Shown here one piece after another: positions 18,080 through 27,639 of a DNA stretch of 64,000 nucleotides. This DNA is from a virus: IMG/VR virus record IMGVR_UViG_3300005077_000006, positions 32,001 to 96,000 of that record. The stretch is one strand, 5' to 3'. A model generated the notes under the pieces. It ran no database searches. It saw only the letters and a program-made list of their open reading frames with translations, and was not told where the DNA came from. The stretch's first letter is position 1; the number at the start of each line of letters is the position of its first letter. The position numbers and the translations under genes were made by a program.

Positions 18080-19581
18080 CGGCGCTTGCCCTCCTGAAGC
18101 ATCTCCTTCGCCCACTTCTTGACGCCCGCGGAGGGCTGGGGCCGCACCCTCTCCGGCTTCTGTCGATCACGCTCGTCGTCCTCGTCCTTGAAGAAGGATT
18201 TGATGTCCCTGGTCTCGTAGAAGACGACGGGTTCGACCATCGTGGTGCCGTCCTCGTTCACCTGCACCACTCCCTTGTCGTTGACCACTTTGCGCATCAT
18301 GATGTCGAAGTCGGATGCCGCGCAGCCGTTGATGGCGAAGCCCGTCATGTTGATCTCTCGGGCTCCGGTGATGGCCAGCGCCAGCTCATTCACCTCCGGG
18401 TCCGGGGTGGACTTCTTGTTGATCTCGATGGCCAGGTCGCAGTTCATCGCGTAGGCGTCTGCGAATGCGATGTTGCGCATGCTGCCGCCCCGCGCATCCT
18501 CAGATGGCCGATTGGCTTGCGTTGTCCCGATCAACGGCTTGTGCAGATCCAGGGCGACATCCTTCACGTCCTGGGTGATGTCGGACTGGTCATCCCACTT
18601 GATGGAGCGGACGCCTTTCCTGTCGTTCTTCATGAGGTACATGGCGTCCACGCAGACCAAGTCGGCCCTGTGGTCGATGATCTTTTGGTGCAGACCACGT
18701 GCGCCACCACCCACCCCACGGGTGTCTCTGTCACTGGTGATGATGATCGACTTGCGGAAGCCTGTCTCGAGCTCGCACGTCGCCTCATCCCCGTACATGG
18801 TTTCCGCGATGACATTCAGGCGGTCTTCCATGGTGCCGCCTTCCGGCACTGGGATGTCGCGGAGCGTGCCTTTCTTGAAGGCAGAGTAGGGGGCACCGAT
18901 CAGTAGGCAGACGCAGCGGTCCATCATCTGCTCGAGCGTCATCTCCCTGGTGTAGATCAGCACCCGCCGGCTGCTGCGGTCGTAGGCATGGGTGGCCACC
19001 TTCAGCAGCACCCACGTCTTCATGCTCTTCGGCCGGCCGTAGAACAGGATGAACTCACCATTGAGCATCCCCTGGGTCTCGGCGTTCAACACCTCCCACG
19101 GATAGGGGATACCCTGCAGCGACTCCCTGTCCCTGTTGGCCTCGTACCTCGCCTTGATCGTCTCAATGCTCTGCGACATGATCGTGTCTTGTGCAGATCT
19201 CCTGTCGCGGGTGAGCTCGGATGAGGCAACCTGTAGTGTGGCGAGACACTCGTCGGGCTTGTGCGCAGTCTGGACGATCTCCTCGGCCAGCGCGAGGAGC
19301 TCCTCTTTGATGTAGAAGTCCTGGAACTCGGTCAGGACTGCGTTCAGTGTCAACCTGTCAGGCTTCGGCAGCTCGACGGTTGGGAACTTCTTCTCGACCA
19401 TCTCCCGCGTCGGGACATTGCCCCGAGTCCTGCGGCTCTGCCAGTAGCGCAGGAGATACGAGTAGACCATGAGTCCGTGATCTGTCTTGAAGTGGTCCGG
19501 GGTGATCCCCGCGGACTCGACCTCAGACAGAGCACCGGTGTCGAGTATCTTGGCTATGAGAGCTAGTTCCTGGTGCGCCAT
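18076..19581 (-). CDS. dnaB: Replicative SF4 helicase (DnaB-like)
   Basis: GIPYPW..LN..T.G...GE; Walker A GRPKSMKT; EM; VCVDAMYLM; TTQANR. Confidence 0.85.
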   Translation of the reverse strand: MAHQELALIAKILDTGALSEVESAGITPDHFKTDHGLMVYSYLLRYWQSRRTRGNVPTREMVEKKFPTVELPKPDRLTLNAVLTEFQDFYIKEELLALAEEIVQTAHKPDECLATLQVASSELTRDRRSAQDTIMSQSIETIKARYEANRDRESLQGIPYPWEVLNAETQGMLNGEFILFYGRPKSMKTWVLLKVATHAYDRSSRRVLIYTREMTLEQMMDRCVCLLIGAPYSAFKKGTLRDIPVPEGGTMEDRLNVIAETMYGDEATCELETGFRKSIIITSDRDTRGVGGGARGLHQKIIDHRADLVCVDAMYLMKNDRKGVRSIKWDDQSDITQDVKDVALDLHKPLIGTTQANRPSEDARGGSMRNIAFADAYAMNCDLAIEINKKSTPDPEVNELALAITGAREINMTGFAINGCAASDFDIMMRKVVNDKGVVQVNEDGTTMVEPVVFYETRDIKSFFKDEDDERDRQKPERVRPQPSAGVKKWAKEMLQEGKRR

Positions 19582-19591
19582 GCGTTCTCCT

Positions 19592-19888
19592 CTACTTGGC
19601 CAGTTCGATCCAGTTGATGCCTCCCTTGGTGTAGATCCTCGGTTTGGATTCGACTTCCACGCAGAGGTTGTAGCGGTCGGACCAGAGCAGCTTCCCCGTG
19701 ATCGTGCCGTTGCGGCAGCAGACTACTACGTGCTCCCCGATCCACTTGCGGACGGTGGAGTGCCAGTTGTCGTGGATGTTGAGCAGATCCTTGAGGGCGC
19801 CGATCTCCTTCTCAGTGCGCTCCTGCTTGTCCCTCAAGCTCTGCAACTTCTTGAACGCGAGCTGTAGCGTCGGTTTTTCTGGCATCAT
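19592..19888 (-). CDS. Coiled coil + Sm/Hfq-like domain protein
   Basis: VVVCCRNGTITGKLLWSDRYNLCV...RIYTKGGINWI aligns by eye to Hfq Sm1/Sm2 motifs; GGAG before ATG 19888. Confidence 0.55.
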   Translation of the reverse strand: MMPEKPTLQLAFKKLQSLRDKQERTEKEIGALKDLLNIHDNWHSTVRKWIGEHVVVCCRNGTITGKLLWSDRYNLCVEVESKPRIYTKGGINWIELAK

Positions 19889-19987
19889 GTCTCCAGGGCG
19901 GGAAGCCATCAGGATGTCCCCCCAATACCTGTTGGTCAAGCCACTAGGTATTGGGGGGAACGCTCGTGACGACCGCAAGATGTTGGG

Positions 19988-21100
19988 CTACGACAGCCGC
20001 CTCAGCATCTGGCCGGCAAGCGCCTCGAACTCGAACCGCTTGTCCATGTCCTCGACGTCCTGGGCTGCCCTGGTGACCGCCTGCACCACACCGTAGCGGT
20101 TCTTCAACGGCTCCTGCTCGAACGCCTTGATCGCCGCATCGCGGAAGTACTTCGGCGCCTCGAGCCGGCGCAGCTCCTCCTCGATCATCGCCTCGGGGTG
20201 GTCGACTGCGGACCCCTGCAGACGGACCATCCGGTGCCGCGTGTCCTCCCAGCGCACGGGGATGCGCTCGAAGACCTGGTTGAACTGCTTGTCCAGCTCG
20301 GCGTCCTCGATGGGCCGGTGCTGCCGGTACATCAGGCGGGAGTCACCGACCGTGAGCATGCAGCCGTTGAGGCAGACCAGCCGGAAGGAGAACTCGTCGA
20401 TGGTGATCGCGGTGAAGCCGACCTCGGAGTTGCGCATGTGGAAGCCGGGGTACACCAGGTCGTCCTGGGGCAGCGCGCCCTCCTTCTCGGCCAGGTCGTA
20501 GATCCTCCGGACGGCGGGGTCCGGGTGGTTGCGATCGATGGCGCCCATGTTCACGGGCTGGCCGACGAGGGTGTAGTGCGAGCAGTGGTCGTTGCCCCAC
20601 CGGCTCTTCTTGCTGAGGTGGTCGGACATGAAGTTGAGCTCGCTCACCTGGGAGCCGAACTTCTTCTCGAGGCGATCGAACAGCCGCTCGTTGTCGATCG
20701 GGTGGTAGGTGGGCGACAGGATCGCCCGCATGTAGCCGTCGCAGCCCTGCACGCCGGGGGCGCCCGTCTTGAACTGGGTGGTGCGCAGCTTCCTCTTGTC
20801 ACCGGTCTTGGAGAAGCGGCGCTGCAACTCCTCCTGCACCTGGGTGTGCGTGACCAGCTTCGGATCGAACCACTTGTTCCACTGGACGCCCAGCGCCTGG
20901 CCGAGCTGCTTCTGCGCCCAGTCCGTCATGCGGAAGGTCCCCACCTGCGGGACCTCGATGTCGAGCTGCTCGTTGACACGGATCTTGTCCATGTCCACCA
21001 CCACGTCGGGGTTCTGGCGCGCGTGCTCGAGCGCCACGTGCTCCCGGACCTTCTCAAACTTGGCGAGCTTCTTCGTCTGCTCCAAGTTCAAACCGCGCAT
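19988..21100 (-). CDS. DUF932-like protein
   Basis: RAILSPTYHPIDN; GFHMRNSEVG; FRLVCLNG; YGVVQAVTRAAQ. Confidence 0.75.
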   Translation of the reverse strand: MRGLNLEQTKKLAKFEKVREHVALEHARQNPDVVVDMDKIRVNEQLDIEVPQVGTFRMTDWAQKQLGQALGVQWNKWFDPKLVTHTQVQEELQRRFSKTGDKRKLRTTQFKTGAPGVQGCDGYMRAILSPTYHPIDNERLFDRLEKKFGSQVSELNFMSDHLSKKSRWGNDHCSHYTLVGQPVNMGAIDRNHPDPAVRRIYDLAEKEGALPQDDLVYPGFHMRNSEVGFTAITIDEFSFRLVCLNGCMLTVGDSRLMYRQHRPIEDAELDKQFNQVFERIPVRWEDTRHRMVRLQGSAVDHPEAMIEEELRRLEAPKYFRDAAIKAFEQEPLKNRYGVVQAVTRAAQDVEDMDKRFEFEALAGQMLRRLS

Positions 21101-21449
21101 GCTCATCCTCCAGTGCGGCACTCTCGTGGAAGTGCCGCGGCATCAAGTCCTGTTCCATAGAGTCGAGCAGCTCCGCGAGGAGCTGCTGGGTTCGTCGTGA
21201 CCAGTTCTGTGGGTTGGCCGTGCAACGTCCGTGCGTGTGAACGGCGGGTTGCTGGTACTGGCCGAGTGGTGTCGGTTCCTTGGCCTCCAGGGTGGCGTAC
21301 ACAGCCTCCATGGCTGCCGGGGTGGGAGGCCTGGTTGGATCTACCTCCTCATCGACGGTTCGGCGTGTGACGGTGTCGAGTGCGTTGGTGATCTTCACCT
21401 CCACGATGTGGAGGCCGTTGATCTTGCACTCTCCCTTGGTGGTCCTCAT
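21054..21449 (-). CDS. Hypothetical protein
   Basis: ATGA coupling within the operon; tiles with neighbouring genes. Confidence 0.6.
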   Translation of the reverse strand: MRTTKGECKINGLHIVEVKITNALDTVTRRTVDEEVDPTRPPTPAAMEAVYATLEAKEPTPLGQYQQPAVHTHGRCTANPQNWSRRTQQLLAELLDSMEQDLMPRHFHESAALEDEHARFELGADEEARQV

Positions 21450-21796
21450 CGCCGCGTGTCCTTGACGAAGCTGTCGAGGTGCAGATCCATCTCCTCGGCG
21501 CCGACGATGGCGTGCTTCTCGGCGATGCGACCGGCCTCCTCGATGGCGGCATCGATCTCGCGTTCCGACTGACCGCAGGCGATGCTCACCGAGACGGTGG
21601 CTTCCACGGTCAAGCCGGCCTCGCGCGTCGAGTACCAGTGCTTGAACCCTCTCGTCTGGCTGACCTGCGCCTTGCCGTCACCCAGCGGGAGGTCGGTGTT
21701 CTCGTTCCTCTTCACGTTCTTCCTCCATAGCTCGCGTTCATCGGTTCGGTTCCACACCCGGTAGGTGCCGCTGATGTTTGCCTTTGCCCTAGTCAT
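21446..21796 (-). CDS. Hypothetical protein
   Basis: Start moved to ATG 21796 (MTRAKANISG), overlapping the previous stop. Confidence 0.6.
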   Translation of the reverse strand: MTRAKANISGTYRVWNRTDERELWRKNVKRNENTDLPLGDGKAQVSQTRGFKHWYSTREAGLTVEATVSVSIACGQSEREIDAAIEEAGRIAEKHAIVGAEEMDLHLDSFVKDTRR

Positions 21797-22265
21797 CGAG
21801 GGGGATCGCCGGGATGACGTAGGGCTTGGGGGTGCCGGGCAGGTTCGCTGGGGCCTGCTCCTCCTCGTGGAAGGCTGCCCGCACGATCTCGTTGTCCACC
21901 TCACCCTGCCTGGTCATCTGATCGAGCAGCTCGGTGTCCACGGTGTAGGAGACGACCTCGGTGAGGATCAACTCCGCTTGGGCGGCCGGCAGAGCGTTCG
22001 CCAGGAACTCGGCGTCGTACCAGCGCTTGTACTTCTTCTGGGCACCGATGCTGCCGACCGAGTACTTGTCCTGGTCGAGGGTGCGGAGGTGGCTCTTGAC
22101 GGCGCGGGTGGCATCATCGAGTGCGCGGTTGTAGCCGTCGACGAGCTGCTCGTACTCCTTCAGGACTTCTCGGATGTCGAGATCGCGGAGGAACGTGAGC
22201 AGCGTTTGCCGAGCCGCCTCGAATCTCTCCACAGCACGCTCAGCGAGATTTGGCGCGTCGGGCAT
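21789..22265 (-). CDS. Hypothetical helical protein (remotely Gam/Gp157-like)
   Basis: AGGAG RBS before ATG 22265; long N-terminal helices, then VDTELLDQ motif. Confidence 0.55.
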   Translation of the reverse strand: MPDAPNLAERAVERFEAARQTLLTFLRDLDIREVLKEYEQLVDGYNRALDDATRAVKSHLRTLDQDKYSVGSIGAQKKYKRWYDAEFLANALPAAQAELILTEVVSYTVDTELLDQMTRQGEVDNEIVRAAFHEEEQAPANLPGTPKPYVIPAIPLDD

Positions 22266-22941
22266 TGACCATCTCCTGTCTGTTGGGTTTCGGGGTTCCG
22301 TAGTAGGCGGCACGCAGCTCATCGAGGATCTTCGCCGCCTTCACGAAATCTCTCAGCGTCTCCCCCCACGGCCCCTCCTTTCGCCGGTCATGGGATCGGG
22401 CGAGGTAGGCGGTGTGGTAGATGGGGAGGATCGCGTAGTTGATGTTGGTCGCGCGTCCAGCCATGGTGAGTGTTCGCATGCGCCCCCTGATGGACTTGGC
22501 CTGGGGCGCCTTGCCGGTGAGTACCTGGAAGGGCACCTTGCCCACCGTGATGATGAGGAAGGGATCGACCAGGTAGATGGTCTCCATGAGTCGAGGGCGG
22601 CACGCCTCGCGCTCCACCTTGGAGGGCGGTCTGTTGTCCGTCCTGGCCTGTCCCGTGCGATCGTCGATGGCCTCCACAGTAGGCCGGCAGCAGACGACGT
22701 TGGTGATGTAGATGTCCTGGTCCCGGTCGAGCGACACGGCGTCGAGGAACTCGTCCAGCACTTCCCCGGCTCTTCCTTGGAAGGGGCGCCCGCTGGCATC
22801 CTCTTGCTCGCCGGGACCCTCTCCGATGATCAGGATGTCAGCATCGGGGTTGCCCTCCCCGAACACCAGGCTGGTGCGCGTCTTGTGGAGATCGCACCGC
22901 TTGCACTCTCCCCAGAACTTCTTCAGCTCTTGTAGACTCAC
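22240..22941 (-). CDS. udg: Uracil-DNA glycosylase, family 4 (Fe-S)
   Basis: CKRCDL...VFGEGNPDADILIIGEGPGEQED..G.PF.G.AG; YITNVVCCRP; IYHTAYL. Confidence 0.92.
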   Translation of the reverse strand: MSLQELKKFWGECKRCDLHKTRTSLVFGEGNPDADILIIGEGPGEQEDASGRPFQGRAGEVLDEFLDAVSLDRDQDIYITNVVCCRPTVEAIDDRTGQARTDNRPPSKVEREACRPRLMETIYLVDPFLIITVGKVPFQVLTGKAPQAKSIRGRMRTLTMAGRATNINYAILPIYHTAYLARSHDRRKEGPWGETLRDFVKAAKILDELRAAYYGTPKPNRQEMVNARRAKSR

Positions 22942-23342
22942 GTGATCAGCCTCCCCTTGGGGCCGGCGCGCAGGCCATCAGGCGTGACCAACCCCGCCTC
23001 CTTGGCTCGGTGTGTCAGCTCCGCCGTCTCGCACTGCTTGATCTGCTCCAGCAGTGGGTCCATCGTCGCCTTGTCCTCGTCGGGCCGGATGTAGCTCTTG
23101 GGGCAGACCCTGATCTTGGCGGCAGAGCGGCAGAGACCTGCCGGGACGAGTTGGTTCTGGAGGATGACGCCGCCGCCCGGGTTGGGGATCAGGAGGGTAC
23201 GCATGGTGCGGCACTCCTCCAGGACCAGGAACCCGCCGCCTTTCGCCACCTCCTCGATCTCCTCGTCGGTCAGTGGGGACTTGCCGACGTAGAGCATCTG
23301 GGGTGTCCCATCGGACACCATGATCCAGCGTGGATTGTTCAC
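22938..23342 (-). CDS. Hypothetical protein
   Basis: GTGA coupling at 23339-23342 with GGAGG upstream. Confidence 0.6.
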   Translation of the reverse strand: MNNPRWIMVSDGTPQMLYVGKSPLTDEEIEEVAKGGGFLVLEECRTMRTLLIPNPGGGVILQNQLVPAGLCRSAAKIRVCPKSYIRPDEDKATMDPLLEQIKQCETAELTHRAKEAGLVTPDGLRAGPKGRLIT

Positions 23343-24793
23343 TTTGCTTCCTCCTGGGTGTAGGGTTTCAGGATCTTGTAGTCCAGCGGCCCGCCTTGCT
23401 CTTCTGGCCAGCGTCGGATCAGTCTCTTCAGGGTGCTGCACATCCTGTGCAACTTGGGCACGTAGATGTGATCGAGCACCACTACCACTGGGGTCTTCTT
23501 CCCCTTGCGGTACCGCTGGATCCTTCCCATCCCCTGTTGCAGGGTGTTCAACCCGCCGTCCTCCACGGAGGAGCTACCGAACGGGGTGAGGAAGTACAGG
23601 GTGTCCAGTGTGGCTTCGTCCAGCGCCTCCTTCACGAGCTGGAGGGTTCCGAAGCTAAGTCTCTTTGAGCGCAGCGTGTCCAGGCGCTCCGCGGGCTTCT
23701 CCCTTCCAGTGCAGAGTCCGGAGTTCGCGAACATGCTGTTGAGTATTTGGAGCTGCTCGACGCTGTGACTCAGCACGAGAAGCTTGCGGCCCTTGTCTAG
23801 GGGCTGCTTCAGCTTGTTCGCGACGAACTCATTGCACTCAGGGAGACGCCCGAGGAATGTTCGAAGCTTGGGTATGTTCACCTTCCCGTTCCGATCGAAG
23901 ATCCCTGTTTCGGGATGCTTCGCTTCCGGGGAAGCTTGATTGACGATGACCGGACACTCCTGGAAGTAGATGCGAGGAGTCAGGTCTTGTGCCAGATCGG
24001 AGTGGTAGGTGTCACCGATGTGGTACTGATAGATCGGCTCGAGGCCGTCCTCTCTGCTCACCGTTGCCGTGAGGCCCTGGCGCTCCCCGTAGAACATGGG
24101 GGCCGCCTTCACGAACAACGGGGCCGAGAGGTGGTGGACCTCGTCGTAGATGACGATGCCGAAGTAGCGTGCCATGTCCGCCGGGACATGCTCTGCGTGA
24201 AGGGCTAGCGTGTGGAGCATGGCAAGGCAGATCCCTCTGCCTTGCCAATCCCACTTGCTGGGAGCACCTTGGATGATCCCCACCCCGCCTGGCACAACGG
24301 CCAGGTGCTGCTGGATGCGGTCGTACCACTGATTGATGAGCGTGGTGTTGTTCACCACGACGAGCGCCGGCACCTTGCGCTGAGCGATCAGCTTCAGGGC
24401 CAGGACGGTCTTGCCTTTGCCGCAGGCCAGGTTGAGCAGGCCGCTCTTGGATGCCACGATGTTCGGCCAGGCATCACGCTGGGTGGTCTTGTCAGGTTCC
24501 ACCGCATCGAGCGCGATGGATTCCTCGAATGGTACGTGTTGGAAGCGCGTGGGCTGTACGGAGATGATCGGGAAGGCCAGGTGAGGGTACTCGTGTCGCG
24601 GCACAAACTCACGCGGCACGATGATGTGGTCACTGTCCTCGTACCAGAGCTGCAGGTAGCTGATCCCCTCCTCGTCCATCACCGGGAACTCGAGCCCACT
24701 CTTCACAGAACGCACGTTGATGTGCTTCTTGGGCAGCCAAAGCTGCCGGCCGAAGTACCCCTTGTCGGGATCCTTCCGCACCAACCTGATCAT
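23339..24793 (-). CDS. SF2 helicase (UvsW/XPB-like)
   Basis: LACGKGKT; IYDEVHH; GLTAT..REDG; QGMGRIQR; GGAGG before ATG 24793. Confidence 0.9.
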   Translation of the reverse strand: MIRLVRKDPDKGYFGRQLWLPKKHINVRSVKSGLEFPVMDEEGISYLQLWYEDSDHIIVPREFVPRHEYPHLAFPIISVQPTRFQHVPFEESIALDAVEPDKTTQRDAWPNIVASKSGLLNLACGKGKTVLALKLIAQRKVPALVVVNNTTLINQWYDRIQQHLAVVPGGVGIIQGAPSKWDWQGRGICLAMLHTLALHAEHVPADMARYFGIVIYDEVHHLSAPLFVKAAPMFYGERQGLTATVSREDGLEPIYQYHIGDTYHSDLAQDLTPRIYFQECPVIVNQASPEAKHPETGIFDRNGKVNIPKLRTFLGRLPECNEFVANKLKQPLDKGRKLLVLSHSVEQLQILNSMFANSGLCTGREKPAERLDTLRSKRLSFGTLQLVKEALDEATLDTLYFLTPFGSSSVEDGGLNTLQQGMGRIQRYRKGKKTPVVVVLDHIYVPKLHRMCSTLKRLIRRWPEEQGGPLDYKILKPYTQEEAK

Positions 24794-24922
24794 GCGTCCT
24801 CCTACTTTTGGGACATGATTGCACATAAGTCAGTCAACTACTGGTAACTACTGAGTTGTGCTTCTGGGAGTGGGCCTAGCGTCCGCTGGTAAGCCCTATT
24901 TGGACATACTCGGTATGTCCTG

Positions 24923-25291
24923 TCAACGGAATCTGAAGTTCCTGAAGAACTGCCAGGCCTCGTAGAAGAGGCCGCGCAGGGCGCCGGCGGCGCAGTCCTT
25001 GGCGAAGCGCTCGACTGGCTTCTCTCCCTCCTCCACGATGCCGCTCTCGTAGTTGGAGGACACGCCATCGTCATCGCCGCGTCGGTAGGTTCGTCGGTAG
25101 GGGTTGCTGTTCGAGACCGCGGGACGGACCGCGGTGGGGCGTTCTCCTCTGTCTGAGTAGGAACGGCAGGAGTGCTGGTGCATGCAGCCCTGGCACTCGA
25201 AGTCGTTCGGGTCGTAGGTGTTTGGGTTGCCCCAGCACGTTGGCTTCTCCGACGGGCTGGTGCGGATCTTGACGTGATCGCCGTAGGCCAT
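24923..25291 (-). CDS. Cys-cluster hypothetical protein, first gene of the - strand operon
   Basis: GAGGAGG RBS; CWG...ECQGC...C. Confidence 0.7.
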   Translation of the reverse strand: MAYGDHVKIRTSPSEKPTCWGNPNTYDPNDFECQGCMHQHSCRSYSDRGERPTAVRPAVSNSNPYRRTYRRGDDDGVSSNYESGIVEEGEKPVERFAKDCAAGALRGLFYEAWQFFRNFRFR

Positions 25292-25330
25292 GCTCCTCCT
25301 CGGGCTAGTTGTGGGGTTCTAGATGAAGCA

Positions 25331-25359
25331 CTTATAACAGCCCGTAAGGACTTTTTGCG
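25331..25359 (-). promoter_or_regulatory. Candidate phage-specific promoter (ATAAG class), copy 1
   Basis: - strand CGCAAAAAGTCCTTACGGGCTGTTATAAG, 40 nt upstream of the first gene of the replication operon. Confidence 0.55.
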
Positions 25360-25384
25360 GGTGCGGGTGTACAGTGCTGGGTGG

Positions 25385-25414
25385 TTGACCCCGCTGCCTG
25401 TGGGGTCGTAGTAT
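25385..25414 (+). promoter_or_regulatory. Sigma70-like promoter for the virion block
   Basis: TTGACC-N18-TAGTAT upstream of ATG 25438. Confidence 0.5.
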
Positions 25415-25437
25415 CAGTCAAGGATCACGAGGTAGCC

Positions 25438-26892
25438 ATGCACACCGGATCGATCGTCGACTTCTACGATGACCCCCAAGGTTCCGTGCTCAAGTCCCGT
25501 CTCCCTGGGGACCAGGTGCCGGACTTCATCAAGCAAGCGGAGTTCCTCACGGACCAGGTACGCGACAAGCTACCGGACGACGTGTTCGCCCTGGTGATGA
25601 TCGACCAAGGTGAGCGCATGAGGAAGTACGCCTGCACGGACAAGGGCAACACGGCGCTCTCCGTGATCTACTTCATGGAGAATCGTGACCGGCTGCCCGA
25701 GGAAGCGCAGAAGGTGGCCGCGGCCAACCTGGCCAGGGCGTGTCAGTGGTACGATCTCCAGCCTCCGCTCGAGCTGTTCAAGGTGGCTGGCCTCTTCAGC
25801 TTCCTTGCCAAGAAGCCAACGCGGCTACTCAACACGGCCATGGTTGGCAGCGACATCGCATCTCGTGGATCGGAGGGCATGGCCCGACACACCGAGGCGA
25901 TGGGCAAGGTGGGCGACCTCACCGGCTCGGAGATCATGCCGCTCTCCAGCAACGTGAAGACGGCTGAGCGACAGATGCGGATTACAATCACTCACCGGCG
26001 AGACACGCCAGAGGCGGTGCGTCGGCTCAGGGAAAGGGAAGTGGGCTTCATGACGCGGCAGGGTCAAGAGATCCTGAAGCGGAAGGATCTCGCTCCGCAC
26101 ATTCGGAAGGAGTGGGAGCAGTACTTCGACGCGGACGATGCCGGTAAGCAGAAGATGATGCGGGCGTGGGAGAAGCAGGGATCAGCGCTGCATCCCCACG
26201 TGGATGTCACCGGCAAGCAGCCGCCCGAGAAGATCAAGAGGGCCAGCGCCCGCCGGTTCTGCATGGTGAAGGAGGGCCAGGCCAAGTTCCCGATCGACAG
26301 CTACGGCCAGGTGGCCGATGCCGTCGGCTACTTCGAGAAGCACGCCCAGTCCATGCACCCGGCAGATCGCCGGATGTACTGCACCAATCTGACCCGCCGG
26401 GCGGACGAGTTGGGGATCAACGTCCCCTACGACATCCGGAAGTACGGCTCCGCCGGCTACGCGCCGGATGGAGAGATCAACGTGGCAGTCGCCACGAGGA
26501 TGCAGCACTGGGCGGATGACTCGCCCGAGCGGGACATGCTGAAGAGCCTGATGGAGAAGGTGGGGTCGGTGCATCCCGACGTCTTCTGCGCGGCTCTTCA
26601 GCAGTTCGATGAGGCCACAGGGATGCACTACCTGTGGGATGACGCGATCTACGATCCCTACTACTCCACCTACGGCTTCGTGAAGAAGGCGGAGTGGAAG
26701 TGGGAGGACGGCAACGATCGCCTGACCGAGGACCAACTCAACCTGTCCGCCAGGAAGGACTTCGACGCGATCAAGAAGGCCTTCGGGTGTGAGCTCGCCC
26801 AGGAATTCCGGGAGAAGCCGCAGCAGATTTTCGATTCCCTCCCCCTGGATTCCAAGCGTATCATTGCGCGGATGGCAAACGACCCCCAGTAG
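25438..26892 (+). CDS. Head-associated protein with two DUF6582-like repeats and many K-x-A/G sites
   Basis: DKLPDDVFALV...RKYAC.D...S..YF and RFCMV...KFPIDS...A..YF; IKQA, FKVA, VKTA, EKQG, IKRA, VKKA; GAGG before ATG 25438. Confidence 0.65.
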   Translation: MHTGSIVDFYDDPQGSVLKSRLPGDQVPDFIKQAEFLTDQVRDKLPDDVFALVMIDQGERMRKYACTDKGNTALSVIYFMENRDRLPEEAQKVAAANLARACQWYDLQPPLELFKVAGLFSFLAKKPTRLLNTAMVGSDIASRGSEGMARHTEAMGKVGDLTGSEIMPLSSNVKTAERQMRITITHRRDTPEAVRRLREREVGFMTRQGQEILKRKDLAPHIRKEWEQYFDADDAGKQKMMRAWEKQGSALHPHVDVTGKQPPEKIKRASARRFCMVKEGQAKFPIDSYGQVADAVGYFEKHAQSMHPADRRMYCTNLTRRADELGINVPYDIRKYGSAGYAPDGEINVAVATRMQHWADDSPERDMLKSLMEKVGSVHPDVFCAALQQFDEATGMHYLWDDAIYDPYYSTYGFVKKAEWKWEDGNDRLTEDQLNLSARKDFDAIKKAFGCELAQEFREKPQQIFDSLPLDSKRIIARMANDPQ

Positions 26893-26895
26893 GAG

Positions 26896-27627
26896 ATGAC
26901 GATGGCAAAGCAGAGCAAGTCGTTCGGTACGCAGCGGGCGCAGAAGGCCCACCTCATGCAGCAGACGGGCGGTCTCGCGGCGGAGATCAAGGACCTCCGT
27001 GATGACGTCGAGGAGGGCTTCCAGAACAACGAGGCGCGGGCAGGCTTCCCGGCGCTCGACGCGCTCGATCCCGGCACCCTCCTGGCCGCGGGCCAGGCGT
27101 CGTTCGTGCTGGTGGGGAGGAACCTCCTGCAGGGGCAGACCTTCGACAGCCACATCAGCGGCACCGGCAACGCCCAGGTCACCGTCACGATGCTGAAGCC
27201 GGGCAAGAGCGGCGTGAGCTTCGAGGTGGTGCAGGGCGCGGGCGCCCTCGCTGCCGTGTTGGCAGCCGGCAAGCTGACCGTCACCCTCGCGGCCGGCGGC
27301 AGCACGGCGACGCAGGTGGCGGCAGCCATCAACGCGGCGGCCTCCTGCATCGGCGTCATCCACGCGGTGGCCGGTGGCACGGGCGGCAGCAACGTCGTGG
27401 TCGAGGCCGAGACGGATCTGGCCGGTGGCGTCGGCGACTACGCCGGCAACGCGGTCTACATCAACGGCCAGTCCTGCAACCCGGTTCAGGCGGCGAGCCA
27501 GTGGACCAACACCTCGATCACCGTGCTGGTGCCGGCCCTGACGGGGCGCGTGGCCACCGACATCGTGGCGGTGGTGGTCCTGTCGAACGGCGTGAGCACT
27601 GGCCAGCTCAGCGCGGTTCTGACGTAG
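26896..27627 (+). CDS. Structural beta-rich protein (decoration/sheath-insert-like)
   Basis: Ala/Gly/Val/Thr-rich; LTVTLAAGGSTATQVAAAINA motif common in virion proteins. Confidence 0.6.
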   Translation: MTMAKQSKSFGTQRAQKAHLMQQTGGLAAEIKDLRDDVEEGFQNNEARAGFPALDALDPGTLLAAGQASFVLVGRNLLQGQTFDSHISGTGNAQVTVTMLKPGKSGVSFEVVQGAGALAAVLAAGKLTVTLAAGGSTATQVAAAINAAASCIGVIHAVAGGTGGSNVVVEAETDLAGGVGDYAGNAVYINGQSCNPVQAASQWTNTSITVLVPALTGRVATDIVAVVVLSNGVSTGQLSAVLT

Positions 27628-27639
27628 TAGCAGATCGGT

